Position numbers and translations under genes: made by a program
Shown: positions 39,624 through 50,052 of the stretch, piece after piece
Numbering within the stretch: position 1 is the stretch's first letter
Layout: every line of letters starts with the position of its first letter
NCBI GenBank assembly: GCA_965248755.1
Contig: OZ252149.1
Location: forward strand, 4,160,001 to 4,224,000
Source: Candidatus Latescibacterota bacterium
GTDB taxonomy: Bacteria; Latescibacterota; CBDEFO01
DNA: 64,000 nucleotides
Direction: 5' to 3'
The notes under the pieces: generated by a model
What the model was told of the DNA's origin: nothing
Database searches by the model: none
What the model saw: the letters and a program-made list of their open reading frames with translations, nothing else

Positions 39624-40616
39624 TCATCCCTGTACCCTTTCCCACTTCCATATCTTGACCCACCCCTCAGCTGTATTACGCCCCAAGCGGGGATGAAATA
39701 GCTGTAACTGGTAGAGATTACCATCTCCATCTGTGACAAAATCATCTCCACTATTTGGTCTGGGTTGGGTTTTCTTAGGACAATCAGGAACTTTCCCAAG
39801 GTATTGCCTATCACTACTATAAAATTCCATACTTCTCTTTCGATCATCAAGTGCAACAACAAATGAATTTCCTTGTACATCAATTGCGGATACTGTTCCA
39901 TGTCCCGATCCCTGCTTGTTTAATGTTACTTGCAGTCCTGATATGCCTTTTTGAGGGATTTGCGTATATCGCTCGAACGCCCCCCAAGGGTCTCCACTTT
40001 CCGGATTATATTGTATCAAGATGTAATCTGAAAAGGCTGAGGTATGTATTCGGTAAACACTCTCCCTTGATAGCACAGTCCTGCCTTCCCTGTTAAGAAA
40101 TAAAGCACCTCTACCTAAGATGGATATATCCCCTTTAGAATTCACGCGCAGGGAAAGTTCAGTACCGCTTCCAAACTCTACCTGAAAGTGGCTCACAAAC
40201 TTGGCTTGATTGTCTAATTTCCAGCCTCTCAAACCCCGCTTGTGGTCTGTCAATACATAAATATTATCCTGACTATCTACCTCTAAACTTGGCCCTACTT
40301 GTATCCACGATCCATTTTCAGGAGGCCTCCAGGAAAGTATGAAACTGCCATCCTTGTTAAATTTCTGTATCCGACGATTCACATCGTCTTGAATCCAGAA
40401 GTTACCTTTGGAGTCAATAGTGAAATCAGATGGGTACCGCGGCTCACCTTCTGGCTTTGGATTACGTCGTCCAAACTCTCCTGGATTAGCCCCTTCTGGA
40501 GCGGAGAGAACAAGCTTTGGTTTATTAAAGAGGCTCTGGGCTTTTGCCGAGACAATGCAACAGGCCAAGAACGCTGCTGTCACTACTATGGGAATCGAGC
40601 AAATCTTGCGCTTCAT
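39624..40616 (-). CDS. Exported NHL-repeat beta-propeller protein
   Basis: Signal peptide; PSDFTIDSKGNFWIQDDVNRRIQKF and VDSQDNIYV repeats. Confidence 0.75.
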   Translation of the reverse strand: MKRKICSIPIVVTAAFLACCIVSAKAQSLFNKPKLVLSAPEGANPGEFGRRNPKPEGEPRYPSDFTIDSKGNFWIQDDVNRRIQKFNKDGSFILSWRPPENGSWIQVGPSLEVDSQDNIYVLTDHKRGLRGWKLDNQAKFVSHFQVEFGSGTELSLRVNSKGDISILGRGALFLNREGRTVLSRESVYRIHTSAFSDYILIQYNPESGDPWGAFERYTQIPQKGISGLQVTLNKQGSGHGTVSAIDVQGNSFVVALDDRKRSMEFYSSDRQYLGKVPDCPKKTQPRPNSGDDFVTDGDGNLYQLQLFHPRLGRNTAEGWVKIWKWERVQG

Positions 40617-40675
40617 CTTCAGAACGCCTTGTTCATAAACTGAGAGGTTAATTTGAGTCAGTAGTGCTATCGGGA

Positions 40676-41479
40676 TTACAACTCCATAACCACGCCGCCG
40701 TCTATGTGCATGGTCTGTCCGGTTATGTTCTTAGAGTCTTCAGAGCTGAAAAAGACTACGCCTTTCCCAATGTCTTCCGGGGTCTGCTCTCTATTTAGCG
40801 GTACGGCGTTTGTGACCCATTTGTCGAACGACTCTCTTGCGCTGAGTCCTTGAAGTTCAGGATATGTCTCTGCCATAAGAGGAGCGAGTCTCTCCCAGAA
40901 GGGCGTCCATATTATCCCCGGACAGATGACGTTGACGTTGATATTATGGGGTGCAAGGCCTTTGGCCAAAACTTTGGTAAAGCTAAGAAGCGCGGCCTTG
41001 GTTGCGCAGTAGGGTGCCAACATAGGGGGATTTCTCTTGGAAGCGATGGAGCTTATGTTGACTATCTTGCCGCTTTTCTGTTCTATCATGTGAGGAGTAA
41101 CGGCTCTTGTGACGATAAAAGGGGCTTTCATGTTTATGGAGTAATTGAAATCCCAGTTTTCCTCATCGTCTTCGGTGAATGGCATTCCGAGGTTGTGCCC
41201 CCAAGCCCCGGCGTTGTTTACGAGTATGTCGACACCTCCAAATTACTTTACGACCCGGGATACCATGTTTTCCACGTCTTCTCTTTTTGTGACATCTGTC
41301 TTGATTATCATGACTCGGCGGTTCAGGGCCTTTACCTCATCGGCTGTCTTTTGGGCGCTCTCCGTGTCGAGGTCGGCTATTGCTATGTCCGCCCCGTCAC
41401 CTGCGAGGCACAGGACTATCCCTCGCCCTATGCCGCGTCCTCCTCCTGTGACGATGGCTCTTTTGTTCTCAAGTTTCAT
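40676..41479 (-). pseudogene. SDR oxidoreductase split by one in-frame TAA (41243-41245)
   Basis: TGGGRGIG...VVK*FGGVDILVNNAG...YCATK; both halves are in the same frame. Confidence 0.9.
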
Positions 41480-41512
41480 AGGTTTTTCCTTTCTTCTGAC
41501 GCTTTGATGGAT

Positions 41513-43813
41513 CTATCGTTTTGGGACATGGATGTGCTCCTCATGGTTCTCAACTATCTCCCTGGCTCGGTCCGAGAGCACGTGATCGGGCTGCAGCCTC
41601 AATCCTTCTCTCATATGGAACATTGCTCTGTCGTAAGCTTGCCCAAGATCGTGATAGGTCAATCCTAAATTATAGTGGGCATCTGCGAAGTTGGAGTCTA
41701 TCTTTATCGCCTCTTTGTAGTGTTCGATTCCGTCCTGGGGCATACCCCTGATGACGTATGCTTTTCCCAGGGCGTTATGCGCTCTTGTGTATGTCGAATC
41801 CAGACTTATCGCCCTCATATAGTGCCTTATCGCCTCCTCAGTGGCACCGCTTCCCGAATAGGCGTCTCCCAAATTGTAATGCGCCATCTCGTGATCGGGA
41901 TATATTCTCAACGCCTCTTTAAAATGGAATATGGCCCGCTCTATTTTCCCCTTTATTAAGTAGACGTTTCCCAGATTATTGTGGGCGTTGGCGTAATCGC
42001 TATTGATCCTTAATGCCTCTGTGTAGTGAAATACAGCTTTATCGAGGGAATCTACATAGACGTACACATTGGCAAGGTTGTACTGCAGTTCATCGTAATC
42101 TGGGTTTTCTCTCACTCCTTCTTTATAGTTACTTATAGCCTCTTCGATCATTCCGTTTACGAAGTAAGCTCCCCCCAGGCCGTTGTAGATGTCGTGCTTA
42201 TGAGGGTCAACATCTAAAGCCTTTCTCAGGACTCCTATCGCATCGTGCGTCCTGCCTTTTATAAGATATGCTTTGCCTAAGACCCTGAAGGCCTTTTTTT
42301 CGGGAAAATCCAGGCTAACGGCCTTCTCAAGCTCCAGTATGGCATCTGTTAGAGACCCTTTTATATTGATATAGGCGGAAGCCATATTATAGTGCAGTCT
42401 TGAGTTATCCGAATTTTTCGGGTTCTCCAGTGATTTGGAAAATATGGTGTAGTCATTTTTCCAGTCTTTATTGCGCCTGATTACAATAACGGAGTAGGAG
42501 CATATGAGGCACAGGAAGGCTATGGAAGCGATGGATTTTGCGATATTAAAAGAGAGGATTTGCTGTGGATGCTCTGCCTGAAGTGGACGTTCCACAGACC
42601 TTCCCGAAATGGCACTCTCCAGAATCGCTCCCAGAGCTATGCAGAAGCCGAGGGAGGGGATGTATAAGAATCTTTCGGCTATCAGCTCCCAACTGGGGAT
42701 TATGCCCGATATGAAGGGAAAGAGACACAGAAACCAGAATATGCCGAATGAGACGTCCCTGGCCCTTTTGGTGGTGCGACCACTCCGTAGCGTCATGATG
42801 CCCGCATATATTACCGCTGCTGTGACTGCTATGGATACAAGGTTCGTAATCTGGAGCAGAGATTCGGGTGGAAAGATGTGAATTTCAGCGTCCAACCATA
42901 GAGGCAAGATCAGGATTTTAACGTAATGCGCAAATATCTGAAGGGTTTCGATAAAGGCTAATATAGGGTTCTCAGGGTAGTCGTACCCTCTTTCCATCGC
43001 CCTGTCTCCGATTAGGTAAAGGTGTAGGAAGACGTAAGCCGCGGCTGTTGTGACAAGGGGGGTGTACCTTCTTATAAAGTTCCTTTTGAAAAGCCTAACA
43101 TCTCCCTCAGATATGTAATACCAATCGTAGAGGGCTGCGATTAGAGGGAAGGTTATGGCCACCTCTTTGGACAGGAGCGCAAGGGCAAAGAGGACTACGC
43201 ATAGGGAGTAGAAAAGATGGCCTCTATATTCACGACGAAGTGGTTCCACCACTTTCTGAGAGCGGATGAAGGCCAAAAGGGCTGAGAGGAAGAATATTGC
43301 GGCGAGTATATCCGTCCTGCCGGATATCCATGCCACAGATTCGGTATGAACGGGGTGCAGGGCAAAAAGGAGTGATACAAAAACCGCTCCGAGCACGCTC
43401 TCCAGAATGGCATATCCCAGAAAGAAAACCAGCGCGGAGGCCACAGAATGCAACAGCACATTGGACAGATGATATCCGGCGGGGTTCAGGCCCCAGATGC
43501 TGTGATCTGCGACGAACGACAGTGTGGTGACAGGTCTGTAGAAGCCCGACCGTTCTTCCTTCTGGGGAAAAAAATCTCCCGTGAAGATCTTTCCCAATTG
43601 GTCCCAGTCCTTAATACGGGGATTATACTCTACTATGAACACATCGTCCCACACAAAGCTGTTGCCGAGCGTGTTCAGATAGAGAAAGGTGGCTACCACG
43701 AACACCAGGAGGAGGGATAATATGAGTAGACAGTTGTAATTGGACAGTATGCCGGGCATCCCTCCTCCCTGTTCGCAGTCTAATTTTGTATGTTCACTCT
43801 GGGAGGTTGTCAT
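41513..43813 (-). CDS. TMTC-like protein O-mannosyltransferase (GT-C membrane domain plus long TPR array)
   Basis: FVWDD, FYRP, YHLSNVLLH, HPVHTESVAWISGR, SKE and AERFLY motifs, followed by many TPRs. Confidence 0.85.
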   Translation of the reverse strand: MTTSQSEHTKLDCEQGGGMPGILSNYNCLLILSLLLVFVVATFLYLNTLGNSFVWDDVFIVEYNPRIKDWDQLGKIFTGDFFPQKEERSGFYRPVTTLSFVADHSIWGLNPAGYHLSNVLLHSVASALVFFLGYAILESVLGAVFVSLLFALHPVHTESVAWISGRTDILAAIFFLSALLAFIRSQKVVEPLRREYRGHLFYSLCVVLFALALLSKEVAITFPLIAALYDWYYISEGDVRLFKRNFIRRYTPLVTTAAAYVFLHLYLIGDRAMERGYDYPENPILAFIETLQIFAHYVKILILPLWLDAEIHIFPPESLLQITNLVSIAVTAAVIYAGIMTLRSGRTTKRARDVSFGIFWFLCLFPFISGIIPSWELIAERFLYIPSLGFCIALGAILESAISGRSVERPLQAEHPQQILSFNIAKSIASIAFLCLICSYSVIVIRRNKDWKNDYTIFSKSLENPKNSDNSRLHYNMASAYINIKGSLTDAILELEKAVSLDFPEKKAFRVLGKAYLIKGRTHDAIGVLRKALDVDPHKHDIYNGLGGAYFVNGMIEEAISNYKEGVRENPDYDELQYNLANVYVYVDSLDKAVFHYTEALRINSDYANAHNNLGNVYLIKGKIERAIFHFKEALRIYPDHEMAHYNLGDAYSGSGATEEAIRHYMRAISLDSTYTRAHNALGKAYVIRGMPQDGIEHYKEAIKIDSNFADAHYNLGLTYHDLGQAYDRAMFHMREGLRLQPDHVLSDRAREIVENHEEHIHVPKR

Positions 43814-43947
43814 TCCCTTACCTTTACGGCCCTTTCTGTCTGCCTGCAATAGAATACACGTTGTGTAAATATATGTTCTGGAGTCAAAAAGTCAACCGAA
43901 TTTTCCCAAGACGGCTGCAGCGCATCTCCTCCGTTGAGATGCGCAAC

Positions 43948-44009
43948 GTCATTGCGACCCCCCCCGATTGAATCTATCGGGGGCTAACGCTGAGGTGGCT
44001 AAGCAATCT
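43948..44009. repeat. GTCATTGCGA...GCAATCT palindromic repeat with nested CCCCGATTGAATCTATCGGGG hairpin
   Basis: Direct reading; a related inverted copy lies at about 45058-45116. Confidence 0.75.
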
Positions 44010-44127
44010 GAATTATGGGGAGAGTTTTGTGTTGACTTGGATGTGAATCTTTCTTTATCTTTCTTGCTGGGGAGGATTTCAAAAAAGACGCTTGCAGATG
44101 GTTGATTTCTCAATATGGGAGGTAGAA

Positions 44128-44898
44128 ATGAGACTGGAGGGTAGGTCTGCTATTATCACAGGATCGTCGAAGGGCTTGGGAAGAGCGATGGCCATAGCGA
44201 TGGCCAAAGAGGGCGCGGATATAGTGGTAAACGGCAGGGATGTGGAGGCTATGGAGGAGACTGGCGCAGAGATAGAAGCGCTAGGACGTAGGGCGATCAT
44301 AGCAAAGGGAGATATACGAAAGATAGATCAGGTCAGAGAGATGGTAGAGAAGGCCGTCTCAGAGTTCGGGAAGGTGGACATTTTAGTGAACAACGCCGGG
44401 GGAGCGCTCTTTACCCCTGTATTCTTCGAGGAACTGACGGAGGAGGACTGGGATAAGGTTGTGGACACTAATCTGAGGGCTGTTTTCCTGTGCTGTCGGG
44501 AGGTCTGGAAGTATATGAAGGAGATGAGGTACGGAAAGATTGTGAATGTCTCCTCCCTATCGGGGAGAATGCACGGCGCGCAACTCTCGGGAGTGCACTA
44601 CTCAAGCGCAAAGGCGGGATTAGGAGGGTTGACACGGCAACTGGCGTACGAATTCGGGCCTTTCGGGGTAACCGTCAACGCTGTAGCTCCGGGACTCTTT
44701 ATGAGCACTCAGAGGGTAAGGGACCTTTGGAACAGCAGGGATGAGGAATTTAAGAAGGAGTTTTTAAAGTCTGTCCCACTGAGGAAGGTCGGCGAGCCGA
44801 AGGAATTAGCTCCGGCAGTTGTCTTTTTAGCTTCTGACGATTCGAGCTACATAACGGGCGCCACTATTGACGTGAACGGTGGGAGATATATGTGTTAG
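44128..44898 (+). CDS. SDR oxidoreductase (FabG-like)
   Basis: TGSSKGLG, NNAG, YSSAK and NAVAPG motifs. Confidence 0.93.
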   Translation: MRLEGRSAIITGSSKGLGRAMAIAMAKEGADIVVNGRDVEAMEETGAEIEALGRRAIIAKGDIRKIDQVREMVEKAVSEFGKVDILVNNAGGALFTPVFFEELTEEDWDKVVDTNLRAVFLCCREVWKYMKEMRYGKIVNVSSLSGRMHGAQLSGVHYSSAKAGLGGLTRQLAYEFGPFGVTVNAVAPGLFMSTQRVRDLWNSRDEEFKKEFLKSVPLRKVGEPKELAPAVVFLASDDSSYITGATIDVNGGRYMC

Positions 44899-45203
44899 TT
44901 CCAAGGGGAACGCTGAAAGTGTAAAGTCTTTCCGTATTCATTCGGCTTTCAGCCATTGCAATTGGAGGTATCGAAAAACTTCTGGGGAAAAGGTACCAGA
45001 TCCGACGCTGTCAGGAGTTGGGAAGCAGTACCAAACTAAGGGTAAATAGTATAAGTGAGATTACTTAGCTACCCCGTGCTACCCCCCGATAGATTCGATC
45101 GGGGGGTAGCAATGACGTTGCTTGGTTCTGTAGATGGTGCAGAAGGGAGGATCCGTCACCGTGCGGGATATTGTGCTTCGATTACTAATATAGGAACAGA
45201 CGC

Positions 45204-46661
45204 ATGTCAGATTCTGGCAGACAGGGCTCGTATCAGCAGTATGAAGTGGTCGTAGAGAGGAACGTAATGGTGCCGATGAGGGACGGTGTGAAATTGGCGG
45301 CGGACATCTATTTTCCCGCGCTGGAGGGCAGTCCTGCGAAGGGGAGATTCCCGGCCATTTTGGAGCGGAGTCCGTACGGCAAACAGATAAGGCTGGATAT
45401 GGTCAAAAGCGGCAACTACTTCGCCCGAAGGGGTTATGTGGTCGCCTTCCAGGATGTCAGAGGGAGATTCGACTCTGAGGGCGTATGGTATGCCTTTGCA
45501 AATGAGGCGCCAGATGGGTACGACGCAGTCGAGTGGATAGCGCAACAGAAGTGGTGCGATGGGCAGGTGGGGACTATGGGTCTTTCCTACAGCGGAAGCG
45601 ATCAAAGCGCTCTGGCTACTATGAATCCGCCTCATCTAAAGTGCATGTTCGTAAGCGAGGGGGCATCTAACTATCACACCTGTTCTATGAGGCACAACGG
45701 GGCGTGCGAACTCAGGTTCTTCGTCTATGCCTTTCGCATGGCCTTATCAAGCAAGGAGGCCTTGAAAGACCCTGCTAAAAGGACAGCTGCTGAGGAGGCC
45801 TACAGGAACGTAGGACAGTGGCTGACCAGACTCCCGCACGGGAAGGAAACTTCACCTTTGAGTCTCTTCCCAACTTATGAGCAGTGGATACTGGACATCA
45901 TGACCACAGGGGACTATTATAAGTACTGGAAACAGAGGGGATACAGCATCGAGGAATACTACGACGAACACGCCGATGTGCCTGCGTATTACTTAGGGGG
46001 GTGGTACGACTCTTACACGAGAGCCACGACGGACAATTACGTGCGGCTGTCCACTATGAAAAAGGAGCCGATAAGACTGATTATGGGTCCCTGGTCGCAC
46101 GGCGCGCAGACTTTGGAATTGTCCCGCTACGGTGATGTGGAGTTCGGCGCAGATGCCGCTCTGGACTACAACGATTTCAGGTTAAGGTGGTTCGACTACA
46201 ATCTCAAGGGATTGGATACGGGGATTATGGACGATCCACCGGTCAAAATATTCGTTATGGGAGGAGGTGACGGTAGGCAGACTATAGACGGAGGGCTGAA
46301 TCACGGCGGAAGATGGAGGTTTGAGAACGAATGGCCTCTGGAAAGGACTATATATACTAAGTATTACATCCATCTGGACGGACGCCTCTCTACCGGTGTC
46401 CAGGATGACGATCCTCCAAGCAGCTACACTTTCGATCCGCGCGATCCTGTTCCGACTATCGGGGGCAATATATCAGCCGCAGATGATGTGATACCGGCAG
46501 GGGCCTTCGATCAGAGGGGAAGGGGAGATTTCTTCGGGTGCAGGGATAGTATGCCCCTTTCGGCAAGGAACGATGTATTGGTATTCCAAACTGATGTCTT
46601 GGAGAAGAAAGTTGTGTACTGCCTCCCTGGAAAGCGACATCAATTACGCAAGCTGGGGTAG
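45204..46661 (+). pseudogene. CocE/NonD family hydrolase, C-terminally truncated near 46607
   Basis: MRDGVKLAAD, DVRGRFDSEG, GLSYSG, GGWYD and GPWSH motifs; family-like sequence stops after RNDVLVFQTDVLEK. Confidence 0.75.
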
Positions 46662-46819
46662 CAGATAAAACTGTTCCTCTAGTCTTCTCGGGTCTTATAT
46701 CCCAAGGACGAATGGAAACGCTTTCTGTTGTCGTCATCGATCCTTTGGGATATCCCTGTGGTCCGCCTTGTCCTCTGGCATTACTTCTTTGAACTTGTCG
46801 AACCGATTGACCTTGATTC

Positions 46820-46983
46820 TTCTACTAACTTCTACTAGATTTCTACTGAACGAGCGGGAATACTATAAAATAACACTAAACAAGAATAAAGTCAATAGCC
46901 CTTATCGAAATACAGCACAACCAGTTAGGGAAACACACTAAACCGAAAGGAAAACCCATATCTGACTACAAGTCAGATGCTCT
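46820..46983. mobile_element. att-site-like remnant: TTCTACT arm-type repeats plus a tRNA-Thr(TGT) anticodon-arm fragment
   Basis: TTCTACT at 46820, 46830 and 46841; minus strand AGAGCATCTGACTTGTAGTCAG at 46962-46983. Confidence 0.55.
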
Positions 46984-47822
46984 TGAAGGACTTGAAGTGA
47001 AGTCTTTGCACAGACATTTGAGGTAGAAGAGATAATTGGAAAAGCAGAGAAATTTAAGCAGAGAGCTGTTGATTTGTACAAAGTTTTTGATTCAGCAAGA
47101 CGGAGTGTCTTGTTTGAATATTTCTTTTTCTTTCTTTTTATTCTTTGCCGGATCTGATGATATCAAGCAGATATTAAATTTTGATAAATAAAAAATTCTA
47201 AAAATTCACTCAAGCTGACTTTTGGGAAGAGACACGAAAAGCATTTAAGGAACTCGGTTGTCACAAGCTAACCATAAAAGTCTTTCGGGCAATTGTGTGG
47301 ATTTGTGGCTATCGTCTAAAAGGGCCTGAACCGCGTAGCGGTTGGGAAAAGTTTGATCCAAGCTTATTTTGCGTTTAAGTCCATTGGTGTAGGATCTCTG
47401 ATGTACCTTGGTTATGAATTCATCATGAGTAATATACCAGCCTATAGGCTTGGAATCTGTATCGATAACTCTGATCCACAACTCAACAACTGGGTCTCTT
47501 ACCTGAAGCAAATTAACTCCCTTACGACTTAAAAGTTTGACGCCAATGACTTCATTGCCTAAACGGATAAAGCCGCTACCTTCGGCCCGATATTGGAGAT
47601 ATTCAATGGCAGTTAGGTCAGGTAGTGAAATGATGGATGGATACCTTTCCCCACAGTAGCTTGCACCGACGGCTTTACCAATCCAGTCCGATCCCAGTAG
47701 TCTCTTTGGGGGATGGGTGCACCCGGAACGTTAGACAGCAATGTTTAGTAAATACTGGTACTTGCACTAACTCTAGAAGCCCCGTTGCGATCTATAATTT
47801 TCAGTGTGTAGATAGCATTATG

Positions 47823-48551
47823 TTAAGACTCGACCTCCTCTAATTCCTGCTCCACATATTCGAGGTAGATCTTCCCTAGATCCATCCCTTCGAACGCATC
47901 TCTTGTGAATATCTTCGAGAGGTTGCCCTTGTTCATTATGCCCACTCTGTCGGCTATTTCTCTTGCACGAAATATATCGTGGGTCGTCATCCATATCGCC
48001 TTGTCCTCTCCTCTTAGTTCGTCCAGAAGTTTGAGAAACTCCGCGCCGCTTTTCGGATCCAGTCCACTCGTGGGCTCATCTAAGAGGATCACCTGTGCAT
48101 CCTTCATAATCGCTATGGCTATCCCCAACTTCTGCCGCATCCCCTTTGAGAACCCGTCCAATCTCTTTGAAAAGCAATCCGAATCTAGGCCTACGCGAGC
48201 CATCACTGCATCGTAATCGTCACCTTTAGCGTCTTTTCTCCCGCCAAGTTTGGTGAAGAAATCCAGATTCTGCCTCGCCGTAAAGTTTCCGTACAGCATG
48301 ACGTTTTCCGAGACATACGCCACATGCTTCTTCGCCTCCAAAGGATCTTTAGTAATATCTATTCCGCATATTTCGATCGTGCCCTCCGTGGGCTCGGTGA
48401 ATCCCAACGCCACCATCAAGGTCGTGGTCTTTCCGGCGCCGTTTGCCCCCAACATGCCGAATACCTTGCCTCTGTTCACGGTCATACTCAGCTTATTGAC
48501 CGCCAAAGTTCCATCCTCATACCTCTTGGACATATTGATTACGTTAAGCAT
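47823..48551 (-). CDS. ABC transporter ATP-binding protein
   Basis: GANGAGKTT, FSKGMRQK, LLDEPTSGLD and H-loop. Confidence 0.96.
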   Translation of the reverse strand: MLNVINMSKRYEDGTLAVNKLSMTVNRGKVFGMLGANGAGKTTTLMVALGFTEPTEGTIEICGIDITKDPLEAKKHVAYVSENVMLYGNFTARQNLDFFTKLGGRKDAKGDDYDAVMARVGLDSDCFSKRLDGFSKGMRQKLGIAIAIMKDAQVILLDEPTSGLDPKSGAEFLKLLDELRGEDKAIWMTTHDIFRAREIADRVGIMNKGNLSKIFTRDAFEGMDLGKIYLEYVEQELEEVES

Positions 48552-48622
48552 TGCATACTCCCTTTCTTCAGGTCAATTCAGCAGGATCGTAAATAAGCTC
48601 CATTTCGACTATGAAGAATAGA

Positions 48623-50026
48623 TCAATCGAAGACCAGGAGTCCTAATCTCTGTGGTCTCTGATACAACCCTCCAGCCTCCGGGATCCACTCGCAGTACTC
48701 GGAATCCTCTATCCTAACTCTGACCAGGTTGATTCTCCACACAGTACCTTTTCCTACCTTTGCGCCCTCTAAGTCCTCAAACGGAATCCCAAGCTCCAAT
48801 GTCCAGAACTTTTCTTCTATTTTAGTCGCTAGATCGTAGTTCCCGTTCCACGAGGTATCTAGGAGGTTAGCGCTTGGTTCCCGATATGCGTCCCATATAG
48901 TCCCTATGGCGTTTATGATAATGTGGTGGTACGTCCTCTTGTCACGATTTATGTCCAGATGGACCTGAATGCAATCGTCCTCCCAGGTCTTGTTTTCTCT
49001 TTCTTTATACTTTAGGGTGAGATATTCTGTGGAATCCTCGTAGCCCTTGAAAGCTATATATAACTTATCGTGCGTGTATCCAATGAACGCCTCAGTTTTG
49101 CCATCGGTGGGAACAGACGACACCTTGGTTATAAGCTTATAAAAGTCCGTCACACGCTCAGCCTCCTTCCAGCAGGCATCGCCTATGTCTCCATCTACGA
49201 TTGGAGGAACAGAAAGTCTCCGTGCGTACGCCAGCATGCCGTGTTCCCTCAAGATATCCATCCCCTTCTGTTCATCTTCGTTGTCGATGTAGAACATACC
49301 CAGGACCCAATTTGCGTTCTTGCTGTTCGGCACGAGCTCCAAGGCCTCTCTATACTTCTGTTCCGCACCCGCAAGATCTGCCCCTAAAGAAAGTTTATTT
49401 CCTTCGTCTATGATCTGCTGAGCTATACGTTCTACGAATTCTACCGCCTCATGTCTTACTCTCTCGTCCTTATCTTTTGAAAGCTCCTTAGTCGCTTCTG
49501 TAAGGCGTTGTCTCTGCTCATCCGTCATATGCTCGCCCCCAACAATTACCCTGTTTTTGATTTCCCATCCTCCTTGGCTCCTGAGCGCCAGAAGAGCCTG
49601 ATACCTCACCTCACTTTCTTCATCGGTCAGCCTGTCCATCAAAACGTCCGTAGCCTCTTCGGTCTTGAGACGTCCAAACGCCTTGACGATTCCCTCCCTT
49701 ATCTTAGGATCCTCGTCATCCACGTGCATTAGAAGAGTTTTCTCTATCCTCGGATCGTGTTCCCTGAAGGACAACCTGTAGAGAATCTCGACAACATCCG
49801 ACCTTATATTGGGAGGCGTATTTTCATCAGAAAGCGCCTCGATGAGAGGAGGAATTGCATAATTCTTCGACAGCACAAGCCTCAACATCGCCTCGTCGCG
49901 CTCTTCCTTGCTGCCTCCGAGTCTCTTAATCTCCCCTTTCGGATCCGATCCACAGCCCAGAAAAGCTGTCAAAAGGACGAACGACAAGAGAAAGAGGATT
50001 GAAGTCAGTCTCCTTATATCTACCAT
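48623..50026 (-). CDS. Lipoprotein: HEAT repeats, TPR, CBM9-like (DOMON) sugar-binding domain
   Basis: AFLGC lipobox; D.DPKIR/ESEVR HEAT motifs; PPIVDG..W, LYIAF, WEDDC and WTLELGIPF CBM9-like motifs. Confidence 0.8.
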   Translation of the reverse strand: MVDIRRLTSILFLLSFVLLTAFLGCGSDPKGEIKRLGGSKEERDEAMLRLVLSKNYAIPPLIEALSDENTPPNIRSDVVEILYRLSFREHDPRIEKTLLMHVDDEDPKIREGIVKAFGRLKTEEATDVLMDRLTDEESEVRYQALLALRSQGGWEIKNRVIVGGEHMTDEQRQRLTEATKELSKDKDERVRHEAVEFVERIAQQIIDEGNKLSLGADLAGAEQKYREALELVPNSKNANWVLGMFYIDNEDEQKGMDILREHGMLAYARRLSVPPIVDGDIGDACWKEAERVTDFYKLITKVSSVPTDGKTEAFIGYTHDKLYIAFKGYEDSTEYLTLKYKERENKTWEDDCIQVHLDINRDKRTYHHIIINAIGTIWDAYREPSANLLDTSWNGNYDLATKIEEKFWTLELGIPFEDLEGAKVGKGTVWRINLVRVRIEDSEYCEWIPEAGGLYQRPQRLGLLVFD

Positions 50027-50052
50027 CTAATATCACCTCTTTTTGTCATCTT

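Noticed and set aside
39429..39901. Short ORFs 39429-39620 and 39455-39901
   Set aside because: No motifs; one overlaps the NHL gene out of frame; cannot be supported as genes
40850..41668. 272-aa plus-strand ORF
   Set aside because: Antisense to the SDR pseudogene and the end of the TPR gene
42560..42600. Possible REP-derived insertion in the TMTC-like gene (SVERPLQAEHPQ)
   Set aside because: Only a weak palindrome with no matching copy in the window
45008..45032. SRP RNA core (TCAGG...GGAAGCAG)
   Set aside because: Lacks the GNRA-capped stem spacing and the long flanking helix
46962..46983. Complete tRNA-Thr gene
   Set aside because: Only the anticodon arm and part of the D stem are present; no T arm or acceptor stem
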